From: Schmidtea polychroa
Lineage: Eukaryota
Assembly: GCA_044892525.1 (NCBI GenBank)
Contig: CM097888.1
Span: forward strand, 15,500,001-15,564,000
DNA: 64,000 nt
Direction of reading: 5' to 3'
Both the position numbers and the translations under genes were made by a program. Shown here piece by piece: positions 37,249 to 47,540 of the stretch (its first letter is position 1; each line of letters begins with the position of its first letter). The notes beneath the pieces are model-generated. The model was not told where the DNA came from and searched no databases. It was given only the letters and a program-made list of their open reading frames with translations.

Positions 37249-37740
37249 ATGTTACTAAAAACTCGTGTAAAGACAAAACCTACAAGAAGGAAACCTGCAA
37301 AAGTGGTTAAGATTCCACCAAAAACTAGTTTCACACCATCGAAAAAATTGCTTATTGATAATATTCCGCCGAGTAATCGTATTCCACCGAGTAATCATAT
37401 TCCGCCGAGTAATTCTCATCGTAGTTTTCCGTTTTTCATTGCATTACTTAAGGCTCCCAGTATGAGAAGAATGAATATTTTACAGTCTTTTCCAAATTAT
37501 GTTATTGATGATTTACTTGCTATTTTAATTAAAGTTGTTAAAGGTAAATTCCGTATAAGTACATCAAATAAAAAGATTTTGAACAGACACAAGAAACCAC
37601 TATTATCATTAGTAAATACTAAAAATAAAAAACGTATGCGTAAAATCATATATAAACAACAAGGAGGCTTCATTGCAGCCTTGATACCAATAGCATTATC
37701 TTTATTGGGAGGGGCAGGTTTATTAAAATCATCATCATAA
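37249..37740 (+). CDS. Basic virion/core precursor protein with C-terminal QxGG cleavage site and amphipathic tail
   Basis: Lys/Arg-rich 163 aa ending KQQGGFIAALIPIALSLLGGAGLL, a pattern typical of small Polinton virion proteins. Confidence 0.75.
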   Translation: MLLKTRVKTKPTRRKPAKVVKIPPKTSFTPSKKLLIDNIPPSNRIPPSNHIPPSNSHRSFPFFIALLKAPSMRRMNILQSFPNYVIDDLLAILIKVVKGKFRISTSNKKILNRHKKPLLSLVNTKNKKRMRKIIYKQQGGFIAALIPIALSLLGGAGLLKSSS

Positions 37741-37795
37741 ACAATGGGTCAATCATTACCAAATCTTAATTTGAATTTTAAATCCTCCTGTTGTA

Positions 37796-38183
37796 ATGGA
37801 GAAGATTTGGACGAACCCAGAAGACGAAGCCGGTTTCGGTGGAGTGGCAAAATTAAAGAAAAGAGTTCCGAATTCGAAAAAAGAAACCCAGAAGTGGTTA
37901 TCAAATCAACTAGCGTACAGTTTGAACAAACCAATGCAGAAAAGATTTCCAACAAGAGCGTATAAAACATATGGAATAAATGATTTGTGGCAAATGGATT
38001 TGATGGAGATGATACCCTATTCAAAAATTAACAAGGGGTATAAATATATTTTAACGTGTATTAATGTATACAGCAGGTTTGCACGAGCAATACCAGTCAA
38101 GTCAAAATCTGCAGATGAAATGTCCAAAGCTATTAATATTTTATTTAAAAATGGACATCCTAATAATTTACAAACGGATTTAG

Positions 38184-38221
<38 letters not shown>

Positions 38222-38865
38222 ATATTATTATTATTTTAGGTAAAGAATTCTACAACAGTAAAGTTAAGCAAATCCTCGATAAACTGAAAATAAATCACTA
38301 CTCGGTACATTCTCAATACAAAGCTGCTCATGTTGAAAGATTTAACAGAACCTTGAGAGATAGATTAAAGAAATTGTTCGTGTATCAAGGTAATAAAAAA
38401 TGGGTATTGGTTTTACCAAAAATTATAACCAGTTATAATAATTCATCACATCGAGGACTTAATGGATTGAGACCGGTTGATATCACATCAAAAACATTCT
38501 ATTCTAAAAAATCTGAAAAAATTACAAAACCGAAATATAAAGTTGGTGACCATGTTAGAATTAGTAAAATTAGTGCATCACCATTTATTAAAAATTTCGA
38601 TACAAATTGGAGTGATGAAGTCTTTGTAATTTCGAAAATAAATACTAGCCAGAACCCTGTGATGTATGTCATCAGAGATTCTGAAAATAACATTGTACAA
38701 GGGAAATTTTATGAGCAAGAATTACAAGTCATTCCTCCCCCAAAAGTATTTAGAATTCAAAAAATATTGAAAACTAAAATGGTGGGTAAGGATAAACAAT
38801 ACTATGTCAAATGGCATGGATATAAAAACCCATCATGGATATCGTCTCGAGACCTCGTAAAATGA
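37796..38865 (+). CDS. Retroviral-type (rve) integrase with C-terminal chromo-like domain, 2 exons
   Basis: Exons 37796-38183 and 38240-38865 with a 56-nt GT-AG (ATT)n intron. Splicing restores DLWQMDL...LQTDLGKEFY...VERFNRTL (D-D-E); C-terminus YYVKWHGY...SWI. Confidence 0.95.
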
Positions 38866-39881
38866 ATTTTTACATTATTTTGCCAAGTAATAGTTGTCCG
38901 AATATACATCCAGAAAACACTGCCAGTAAATTTATGGTCAATCTCCAAAATCCGATTTATTTAAATGGTAATTGGGAAGTTGCTCTCCTTGACTTTACAT
39001 TTGTGTACAATCTCTTTCCAATTTATAGTAAAGCTAAAATTGAATATAAAAAGAAAGAGACGCAAAGAAATATCTCTTTTGTCATTGATAATGTAGAAGA
39101 TCGAATTGATATTGGTCCTTCCGATTCAATTGTCAAAATGTATATTGATCGTCAATATTTAATAGTTGAATGTAAATATCATCCCTTTACTATAAAATTT
39201 GATAGTTTAGCAATGGCAAAACGATTGGAATTAACAAGTCAGAGTAATAGAAATCATACTAATATATTCCAAGTACTACGGCCGAGATTTACCAAAGTAG
39301 CAGCGCGATATGAGACAATTTCAATGAAAGTTGAGTTTGAGGGTGAAACTGAAAATACATATACGTTTAATGAGAATTTATACATTTCTAAATTGGAGGA
39401 ATTACAATCATATTTAATTCAGAATTGTGGATCAATATTTAAATCATTGGAATTAGTAGACAATACTTTGTTCAAATTCAGTTTGAATACTGATATTACT
39501 GAAATTACTTTTGATAAAAATCTAATAAAAACATTAGGATTATCAAAAGGAACATATATTCAAGATGGAAAATTAAATGTAGGTATGAATAAACCGAAAA
39601 TAATTAAACTTCATCATCAAATGTTTCTCTATACTAATATTATTGAACCCATAATTGTTGGTGATTCTTTGGTTCCTCTATTGAAATCTATTTGGGTTGA
39701 GAAACATGAACAAGATGATGTTGTACAAATCAATGTAGAAAATCCCATGTATTTGCCTGTTTCAACATCCTGTATAAACAATATAGAAATAAATATAAGA
39801 GATGATTCTGGTCAATTAATCGAATTTGCAAAAGATTCAAAAACTCATTTGACACTACATTTTCGTAAAGTAGATGGCTAA
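38862..39881 (+). CDS. Minor capsid protein (penton, single jelly-roll)
   Basis: MNFYIILPSNS...F.VNL.NPIYLNGNWEVALLDF and MFLYTNIIEPIIVGDSLVPLLK...YLPV...INNIEINIRDDSG...LHFRK. Confidence 0.9.
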   Translation: MNFYIILPSNSCPNIHPENTASKFMVNLQNPIYLNGNWEVALLDFTFVYNLFPIYSKAKIEYKKKETQRNISFVIDNVEDRIDIGPSDSIVKMYIDRQYLIVECKYHPFTIKFDSLAMAKRLELTSQSNRNHTNIFQVLRPRFTKVAARYETISMKVEFEGETENTYTFNENLYISKLEELQSYLIQNCGSIFKSLELVDNTLFKFSLNTDITEITFDKNLIKTLGLSKGTYIQDGKLNVGMNKPKIIKLHHQMFLYTNIIEPIIVGDSLVPLLKSIWVEKHEQDDVVQINVENPMYLPVSTSCINNIEINIRDDSGQLIEFAKDSKTHLTLHFRKVDG

Positions 39882-40260
39882 TTCTGATATTATTAGTATG
39901 TATAGTGGTAGCCAAAGTGGTGGCGAATTACCATATTTTGTTGGTAAACAGTACGGAAGTGGGTGGTTGAGAACAATTGGTAGATTTGCGTTACCAATTC
40001 TTAAACGTATTGGTAATTTCGGTATGAAAACTGCAAAAGATGTAATTATGAATGACAAGAAAATATTACCATCGTTGAAATCAAATGCAATTGCTGAAAT
40101 AAGTAAAGTAATACCTGGTATGTTTAAAACTGAACCAGCACTGGTACCAGTAAAACGTAAATTTGAAAGTGAAATTAAAACAAGTATGGGAACTAAACGC
40201 AAGAGAGGGAGGCATATAAACAAACGAATGAAAGGACACGGAACCATATTTGAAGAATGA
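39874..40260 (+). CDS. Small conserved Polinton core/virion protein
   Basis: QSGG and QYGSGWLRTIGRFALPILKRIG motif; basic C-terminus; lies between the penton and major capsid genes. Confidence 0.8.
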   Translation: MANSDIISMYSGSQSGGELPYFVGKQYGSGWLRTIGRFALPILKRIGNFGMKTAKDVIMNDKKILPSLKSNAIAEISKVIPGMFKTEPALVPVKRKFESEIKTSMGTKRKRGRHINKRMKGHGTIFEE

Positions 40261-41483
40261 TTTGCGGTAAATCTGAATTATGTCTATTTGATCGACCATC
40301 GCCTCAGGCGGTTATCGAATATGGAGCATTTGAAGATGTATTTCCAATGAATTCTATTACCGATAGTAGAAATGATGTGGAATTTTACATTAATGGTTCT
40401 CAAACAGAATATTTAGATTTGAACGATACTTTGTTGTATGTTCAAATAAAAGTTGTAGATAAAGACAATAAAGCATTAGCTGCAGATGATACAACTGAAC
40501 CTAATAATTTCTTGTTTCATACTCTCTTTAAAGATGTTATTCTTGGATTTAATAACATTAAAATTGAGGGTGGAAACAATACATATGCTCACAAGGCAAT
40601 TATCGAAACTATTTTAAATTATAATAATGATACTAAAGATACTTGTCTAACTCCAATGGGATATGGTGTATCTGATGATCGAAAAAAGTGGATTAAAGGC
40701 TCAAAAACTTTCAACATGTGTTCATCTCTACAATTGGATTTTATGGATCAACCCAAATATTTACTACCAGGTGTTAATGTACATATGAGATTGAAAAGAT
40801 CTGATTCTGCATTGTCATTATCAACTGGAGTTGCAGGTGCAGCACCTAAATTAATATTACTCGATGCCAAATTAATGGTTCGAAGAGTTCGATGTGAATC
40901 GTCTGTATTAGCGGGACATCAAATTGGATTAAATACCAAACATGCAATTTATCCGATAAAAACAAAAGAAATTGTATCATTTGCAATTGCTAAAGGAGCA
41001 TCATCTTTTTACAAGGAGCAAATATTTGGAGATCGAAGAATGCCTAATTTTATCCTTGTAACTTTTCAAAGTGAAGCTCAATATAACGGATCTTATGATA
41101 CATCTTCATCAAAATTCAAACACTTTAGTGTAACTTCTCTTTCATTATCGAAAAATACTGATTATCGAGAAACTTATACTCAAGATTTTGATAATGATAA
41201 TTATTGTACTTCATATATGCAAAGTCTTGTCAGAAATTTAGGATATTTGGATAAAAATCTTAATTGTGGTATAAGTCTGGAAGAATTCAAAACATTCTAT
41301 CCATTTTTCACATTTGTTCTGGCTCCAGATTTTGATTTAAATCAAAGTCAATTACCTCAAAGTGGCAATTTGAGATTGGATATTAAGTTCGGTAAAGCAA
41401 CTACTGAACCAGTCCATGTAATAATCTATGGGGTTTTTGAAAATGAAATCCAAATTACTGCAAATCGAACTGTACTAGTATAA
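40257..41483 (+). CDS. Major capsid protein (double jelly-roll)
   Basis: 408 aa; SELCLFD.P..Q, EF.I.GS..EYLDLNDTLLYV, NNFLFHTLFKDV, Y..KA.IET.LNY, LQLDFMDQPKYLLPGV, LRLDIKF. Confidence 0.93.
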   Translation: MICGKSELCLFDRPSPQAVIEYGAFEDVFPMNSITDSRNDVEFYINGSQTEYLDLNDTLLYVQIKVVDKDNKALAADDTTEPNNFLFHTLFKDVILGFNNIKIEGGNNTYAHKAIIETILNYNNDTKDTCLTPMGYGVSDDRKKWIKGSKTFNMCSSLQLDFMDQPKYLLPGVNVHMRLKRSDSALSLSTGVAGAAPKLILLDAKLMVRRVRCESSVLAGHQIGLNTKHAIYPIKTKEIVSFAIAKGASSFYKEQIFGDRRMPNFILVTFQSEAQYNGSYDTSSSKFKHFSVTSLSLSKNTDYRETYTQDFDNDNYCTSYMQSLVRNLGYLDKNLNCGISLEEFKTFYPFFTFVLAPDFDLNQSQLPQSGNLRLDIKFGKATTEPVHVIIYGVFENEIQITANRTVLV

Positions 41484-41513
41484 ATGAAGAAATTTAAAAG
41501 ATTAAAGTTTTTT

Positions 41514-41898
41514 ATGGAGTAAGATTTTTATTTTATAATTTAACTTATTGATTAGTTCTATTCAGGTGTCTCGAATTGGTACTCAATTATTGGGAAACGA
41601 ATTTCTTGGAGTTTATCCACTGGATAAAATTCCATATTTGAGAAATAATCAAGCCATAATCGTCAATACTCATACATCTAGTTTAGGAGGTGAACATTGG
41701 ATTGCTGTATATGTGAAACCAAACCGAGTATATGCATTCGATCCCTTTGGATATTATTACCCAAATTTATTAATTAGTAAATTGCAAACTATTGGTAAAC
41801 CTATTGTATATAATCGAACTCGGTATCAAAATCCATTTTCAATTACTTGTGGCCAACATTGCCTTGCATGGTTGTTATCAATGTATAATTTTGTTTAA
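41514..41898 (+). CDS. Adenain-like cysteine protease, 2 exons
   Basis: Catalytic H (GEHWIA), D (FDPFG) and Q/C (YQ...CGQHC). A 37-nt GT-AG intron (41519-41555) joins ATG GA to T TCT ATT CAG, giving an MDSIQV start. Confidence 0.9.
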
Positions 41899-41920
41899 TA
41901 AATGTATTAAATGTCACAAG

Positions 41921-41971
<51 letters not shown>

Positions 41972-41989
41972 ATTATTAATTAATTTTAT

Positions 41990-42200
41990 TATTCATATCA
42001 ACAAATTTCATGCACTTGTATTGCATGTCTTTATGTGAGTAACAAAGACATTATTTGTTACTATGTGAGTCATCGATGACTCATTCTTTTTTAAACAAAG
42101 ACATGAATATGTGTGCGTTAATTTTTTCTATCCTATCTGCATTTTGATTGGATAAACGTTACATATATAATCTATGTTTTTGTAATTCTTTTTCATTTAT
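41990..42200 (+). promoter_or_regulatory. Putative promoter/enhancer of the polymerase unit
   Basis: TGAGTCA and TGACTCA, AACAAAGACAT twice, ATTGG at ~42147 and TATATAA at ~42164, upstream of ATG 42206; same motif set as the TIRs. Confidence 0.5.
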
Positions 42201-42205
42201 TCAAA

Positions 42206-43060
42206 ATGCAAAATATTTCAAATGAAATCAAGGAAATGATTCGAAGAAATCGTATGGGTAATTTTTTTTTTAATGTTTTTATTTTTATTTATATTTTAGT
42301 CTACATTAATGAAAATAATGTTTCGGGAACTTATAATTTTTCAGCAAGTAATGGAATTGAAAATAATGTTTCCGGAAATTATGGTAAATTTAATTTTTAA
42401 ATTATTATTATTATTATGATTTTTTAGTAAATAATGCTGTACACAATCTCGCGTGCAAGAAACCTAAATGTAGGTTTTTTAAAATTTTAAAATTAATATG
42501 CTTTAAATTATTATGATTTTTAAATTAATTTACTTTAAATTATTATGATTTTTTAAATTAATATGAAGTCAATTTTGTTATAAAGAAAATGTATGAAGTC
42601 AATTTTGTTATGAAACAAATAATGAAATTAATTTTTATAAAGAAAATGAATATGTTTTTATTTAATTAAAATAAATTTAAATATAATACACTTATGAGCA
42701 AGGGAGGGACAGAATATTTTGTCGTATAAACTCAGATTATATAGTAATAATAAATAATAATAATTTTGATAATAATAATAATAATAATTTTGATAATAAT
42801 ACTATTTTACTTATTTTATAGGTTATAAATATCCAACCTTTTGTAACAGTGCTACACATCATGACTGTGACGATATTATGGAAAAATATTATGGTCATGA
42901 ATATAAAAGTGTAACATACTTGTTATGTCCTACATGCCAAACTCTTGAAACATCGACATATACCGAATTTTATGATAAACATCGTAATCATTTAACCCAA
43001 TATATGCCTTCTAAAAAATCAGTTTTCAAAATTGCGTATCAAAAATATATCATCAACTAA
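42206..43060 (+). CDS. Spliced zinc-finger ORF upstream of pPolB, probably its N-terminal exons
   Basis: Exons 42206-42257, 42300-42383, 42428-42469 and 42822 onward, all GT-AG with compatible phases; encodes CPTC...HRNH. Confidence 0.6.
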
Positions 43061-46000
43061 TAATAGGAACACCGAAAACTTACAAAATCGACAATTAATG
43101 GAAACATCAACAAAAATCAATAATAGGACCACCAACAAAAGTATGATTAATGCCATGTTGATACAAAATCGACAATTAATGGAAACAGTCAATAGATTAA
43201 TAGGAATAATAGGTAATAAAAGACATTTAGAAATTCCCACAGAAATTCCCACAAAAAAGATGAAAGAAATAATAGTCATTAGTGAAGACGACGATGATGT
43301 TGTAAGTAATGAAGTTGTAAATAGTGAAGTTGTAAATAGTGAAGTTATAAATAGTGAAGTTATAAATAGTGAATTTGAAAATAGTGAATTTGAAAATAGT
43401 GAATTTGAAAATAGTGATGTTGTACCCCAAGTAGGTAGTGGTATAGTCGACGTAGTTTCCGACCTGAATAGTTCCCATGTAATAGTTAAGTTGGATATAT
43501 CTTCCTTGAATTGTAAAATTCTTTCTGTTCCTGACGTTCTCATAGAAAAATTGTTAGAAATTGTAAATAAAATGAAATCAGTAAAAATTCAATTTTGTAT
43601 TAAAGTAGAGTTTGAGAAAAATGATGAATTTCAGTCTTTCATAATCTCAAACTCTGCTCGTGTATGGAGCGACACATTTATTGATGATGGTATCTCTCTT
43701 TTAAATGAAAAAATTAGTAAAATAAATGAAAAGGGAAGTAATTGGACCATTAACAAAATAGAATACATTAGTTTTATTGTGACAAAATATTCAAAGATTA
43801 GTAGGTTGAGTGGTCGTAAATATATTGAAACCCCGAAAACATTAATCAGGAAAAAATGTATAATAAATGTAAATAATGATGACGAATTTTGTTTCCTTTA
43901 CTCGGTTTTGGCTCTTATAAAATATGATAGTACTCCTGATGAATTGCGTCATCTGCCTAGTTCTTATAACCTTTCAGATCTGATATATAACCCGGCAGAT
44001 ATGCCAATGAAATTATCAAATATCTCAAAATTTGAACGACAAAACCCAGGTTATTCAATTAATGTTTTAAGTTATGACGAAACTGGGTTAATTTCGGGTC
44101 CCATCATGAAACATCCTTTTATAGATATAATTTATCGCAGTAAAATAGTAGGAGGTACTTGTCTAAATTTGTTATTATTACAGAATCGGAAAACCTACCA
44201 TTACGTCGCTATATCTGATTTAAACATCTTTCTTAATTGCCGAAATTCATCAATAAGTTCTGTTCGTATTTACTGTAAGTGGTGTCCTAGATGTCTGAAT
44301 GGATTCAGATTTGAAGATAGTTTTATTAAACATCAAGGTCTTTGTGAACGAAACCAATTAGGAACCACAATGTACACACTACCAAAAGATCCATTATTAG
44401 AATTCACAGACTATAGTAAAATGATTACTCCTCCTTTTGTTATTTATGCCGATTTTGAGGCAATCCTTCCTAAAGATTCTAAATATTATCAGAAACATTT
44501 ACCCATTTCGGCTGGACTTTTATGTATAAATAATAATACAGGCGCAAAATTTTATAAATCATTCATAGGCCTTTCTTGTATAGACGAATTTTTAAAAGAA
44601 ATTAATGATATCGCTAAAAAGATTGTAACTCCCTATTATTATAAAAATAAAAATAAGAAAATGATATTCATAGAAAATGACCAAATTAATTTTAATAACA
44701 GCACAAACTGTCATTTGTGTAAAAAATTATTAGTTAAACCAGTCAGGGATCATGATCACTTTACCGGTCAATTCCTTGGTGCTGCTTGCAACACTTGTAA
44801 TCTTTCCAGGAAAATATACCACACACTACCTGTAGTCTTTCATAATATGAGAGGATATGATCTCCATCATATCCTCAAATTTGGCTTGGCTAAATATAAG
44901 TCCTGGCATATTTCTTGTATACCGGTGACAAGTGAAAATTTTTTATCTCTTTTTGTGCATATTGATTCCCTGACTGTGAAATTTATAGATTCTTGTCAGT
45001 TTGTAAATTCGTCTTTGAAAAATGCTGTCTCAACCCTTAACACATTACCTTTGACAGAATCTGAGTTTAGAGGGTCTATTATTAAGAGTAAAGGGATTTT
45101 CCCTTATGATGTAGCAACTTCCCTTGATGTATTAATTTCTACATTAGAATTGCCCCCTAAATGGAGTGATGTATCCGATGATGAATACAATAAAGCAAAA
45201 CTAATCTGGCAAGAGACATCATGTAATTCCCTTTTGGATTATATGATGGTCTATTTGAAATTAAATGTATTTCTGTTGGCTGACTTTTTTCAGCAATTCC
45301 GAGCTAAGAGTATTGCTCATAATAGGCTTGAGCCTTTGAATTTCCTAGGTATCCCCAGTCTTTCTTGGAGTTCTGCTTTGTTAAGTCTTGATAAACCGAT
45401 TGAGCTTCTCACCGACATGGAAATGTATAATTTCTTTGAAGGTGGGATTAGAGGTGGGATAACGTTTGTGAATAAACATTTTGTTAGTAGTGATGAAAAT
45501 ACAGAGTTGTTGTATATTGACATCAACAACCTGTATGGATGGGCTTTATCACAAAAGCTTCCCGACGGTGGTTTTGAATGGGTGACTGATGACATTGCTT
45601 TAGAGAGATTATTAATTGAGTGCACAACGGAAGATTTAAATCAACTTGATTATGGCTATACTATAGAAGTAGATTTAAAAATACCGAAATCTATCCATGA
45701 CAAACTAGATGATTTTCCGGTAGCTCCTGGTAAGATGTGCCCACCTTTTTCTAAAGTGGAGAAGTTGCTACTTACACACGATCCGAAAACACACTATGTT
45801 TTACATTGGCGACTTCTCCAAATCTTTCTTCAGTTAGGTGTTGTTGTTACCAAGGTACATAGGGCTATTAGGTATACACAAAGCACTGTCTTCAAGAAAT
45901 ACATAGATACCAACACACAACTACGAGCCGCATCCATAACACCGCTCGATAAAGACTATTACAAGTTGCTCAATAACAGTTTGTATGGAAAAACTGTTGA

Positions 46001-46784
46001 GAACTTGAAAAAACGTATTAACTTACGACTGTGCAATTCCGCACAAAAACTTATCACATATGCCTCAAAACCGGCATTTAAGAAATCTACTAGGATAGAC
46101 GATGATTTGATTTCGGTTTTGCTTATGAAAGAGTCTGTATGTTTAGATAGGCCCAGCTACATCGGGCAAACTGTACTTGATCTTTCTAAACTGAGAATGT
46201 ATCAGTTGCAGTATAATGAATTGCAAAAATATCGCGATGAGTTTAACTGTGAAATTAATATAGTAGCTAGTGATACAGACTCTTTCTTTTTGGAAATTAA
46301 AAATTGTAGTCTTGACATTCTCTTACCTGCCATGATTCGTGACTCCTTGCTTGACACATCTAATTATAACCCACAACATCCTTTATATAGTAGAGCACTA
46401 GATTCCGTCATTGGAAAATTCAAAGACGAGAATAAAGGATTGAGATATAAGGAGTGGGTGTTTCTTCGTCCCAAGTGTTACAGCTTATTAGGTGATAAAG
46501 AAACTCTTAAAGCAAAATCTGTCACGTTGAAAGATACTGGCTTAGATCACAATTCCTATCGTGATTGTTATTTTAACAATAAGGTTTACTCTGTGCCACA
46601 ATTCCGCATTGCATCCAAAAATCATCAATTGTACAGCATAAAAAACATTAAGAAGGCGCTGACAAATAGAGATGACAAGCGGTATTGGAAATCGAAAAAC
46701 AAGAGTTTGGCATATGGGCATTATCGGATAGGGGACACTTTTATATATGATGATGACGACAATTTTGACGGAGAAAATTACTGA
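43032..46784 (+). CDS. Protein-primed family B DNA polymerase with endonuclease VII-like insert
   Basis: 1250-aa ORF. Exonuclease YADFE, FHNMRGYD, KGIFPY; CHLC...RDHDHFTGQFLGAACNTCN; polymerase motifs YIDINNLYG, KLLNNSLYGK, SDTDS. Confidence 0.97.
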   Translation: MRIKNISSTNNRNTENLQNRQLMETSTKINNRTTNKSMINAMLIQNRQLMETVNRLIGIIGNKRHLEIPTEIPTKKMKEIIVISEDDDDVVSNEVVNSEVVNSEVINSEVINSEFENSEFENSEFENSDVVPQVGSGIVDVVSDLNSSHVIVKLDISSLNCKILSVPDVLIEKLLEIVNKMKSVKIQFCIKVEFEKNDEFQSFIISNSARVWSDTFIDDGISLLNEKISKINEKGSNWTINKIEYISFIVTKYSKISRLSGRKYIETPKTLIRKKCIINVNNDDEFCFLYSVLALIKYDSTPDELRHLPSSYNLSDLIYNPADMPMKLSNISKFERQNPGYSINVLSYDETGLISGPIMKHPFIDIIYRSKIVGGTCLNLLLLQNRKTYHYVAISDLNIFLNCRNSSISSVRIYCKWCPRCLNGFRFEDSFIKHQGLCERNQLGTTMYTLPKDPLLEFTDYSKMITPPFVIYADFEAILPKDSKYYQKHLPISAGLLCINNNTGAKFYKSFIGLSCIDEFLKEINDIAKKIVTPYYYKNKNKKMIFIENDQINFNNSTNCHLCKKLLVKPVRDHDHFTGQFLGAACNTCNLSRKIYHTLPVVFHNMRGYDLHHILKFGLAKYKSWHISCIPVTSENFLSLFVHIDSLTVKFIDSCQFVNSSLKNAVSTLNTLPLTESEFRGSIIKSKGIFPYDVATSLDVLISTLELPPKWSDVSDDEYNKAKLIWQETSCNSLLDYMMVYLKLNVFLLADFFQQFRAKSIAHNRLEPLNFLGIPSLSWSSALLSLDKPIELLTDMEMYNFFEGGIRGGITFVNKHFVSSDENTELLYIDINNLYGWALSQKLPDGGFEWVTDDIALERLLIECTTEDLNQLDYGYTIEVDLKIPKSIHDKLDDFPVAPGKMCPPFSKVEKLLLTHDPKTHYVLHWRLLQIFLQLGVVVTKVHRAIRYTQSTVFKKYIDTNTQLRAASITPLDKDYYKLLNNSLYGKTVENLKKRINLRLCNSAQKLITYASKPAFKKSTRIDDDLISVLLMKESVCLDRPSYIGQTVLDLSKLRMYQLQYNELQKYRDEFNCEINIVASDTDSFFLEIKNCSLDILLPAMIRDSLLDTSNYNPQHPLYSRALDSVIGKFKDENKGLRYKEWVFLRPKCYSLLGDKETLKAKSVTLKDTGLDHNSYRDCYFNNKVYSVPQFRIASKNHQLYSIKNIKKALTNRDDKRYWKSKNKSLAYGHYRIGDTFIYDDDDNFDGENY
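43304..43420 (+). repeat. 15-bp coding tandem repeat (AATAGTGAAGTTGTA; NSEVV/NSEFE) in pPolB N-terminal linker
   Basis: About 7-8 copies visible. Confidence 0.85.
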
Positions 46785-47540
46785 TCATTTCGGTAATAAT
46801 AATAATTATTATTATAATTATTATTTTTTATTATTAATAGTTGTCAATGAAGCCAAGATTGTAAGAAACAATCAATGCAACAGACATTTGTAAAAATGAC
46901 AATGTAAAATTGTAAATTTGTAATTTAAATATATTTTGTTGATTNNNNNNNNNNNNNNNNNNNNNNNNNNNNNNNNNNNNNNNNNNNNNNNNNNNNNNNN
47001 NNNNNNNNNNNNNNNNNNNNNNNNNNNNNNNNNNNNNNNNNNNNNNNNNNNNNNNNNNNNNNNNNNNNNNNNNNNNNNNNNNNNNNNNNNNNNNNNTGCA
47101 CTTGTATTGCATGTCTTTATGTGAGTAGAAATTACTCAGTTAGTAACAATGACTCATCGATGAGTCATATTCAGAGAACAAAGCATCGATAATATCCAAT
47201 TCTGATTGGTTAGATGTTATCGATACTTTGTACATCTTTTCAAATGAGGTAATTATTATTTTTTTATGATTTAAATTTTTTTTTATAATGAAATTTTTTT
47301 ATGATTAATTTTTATTTTTTTTTTTATGAAACCAGTTTTTATGAAAACAAATTATATGATTTATGAAATAAATTTTATGAAAACAAACTTTTTNNNNNNN
47401 NNNNNNNNNNNNNNNNNNNNNNNNNNNNNNNNNNNNNNNNNNNNNNNNNNNNNNNNNNNNNNNNNNNNNNNNNNNNNNNNNNNNNNNNNNNNNNNNNNNN
47501 NNNNNNNNNNNNNNNNNNNNNNNNNNNNNNNNNNNNNNNN

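Noticed and set aside
36999-45625. Antisense ORFs within Polinton genes (36999, 37749, 38499, 39730, 39855, 40081, 43019, 43227, 45317) and the same-strand alternative-frame ORF at 37744
   Set aside because: Shadows or alternative frames of real genes or coding repeats, with no motifs.
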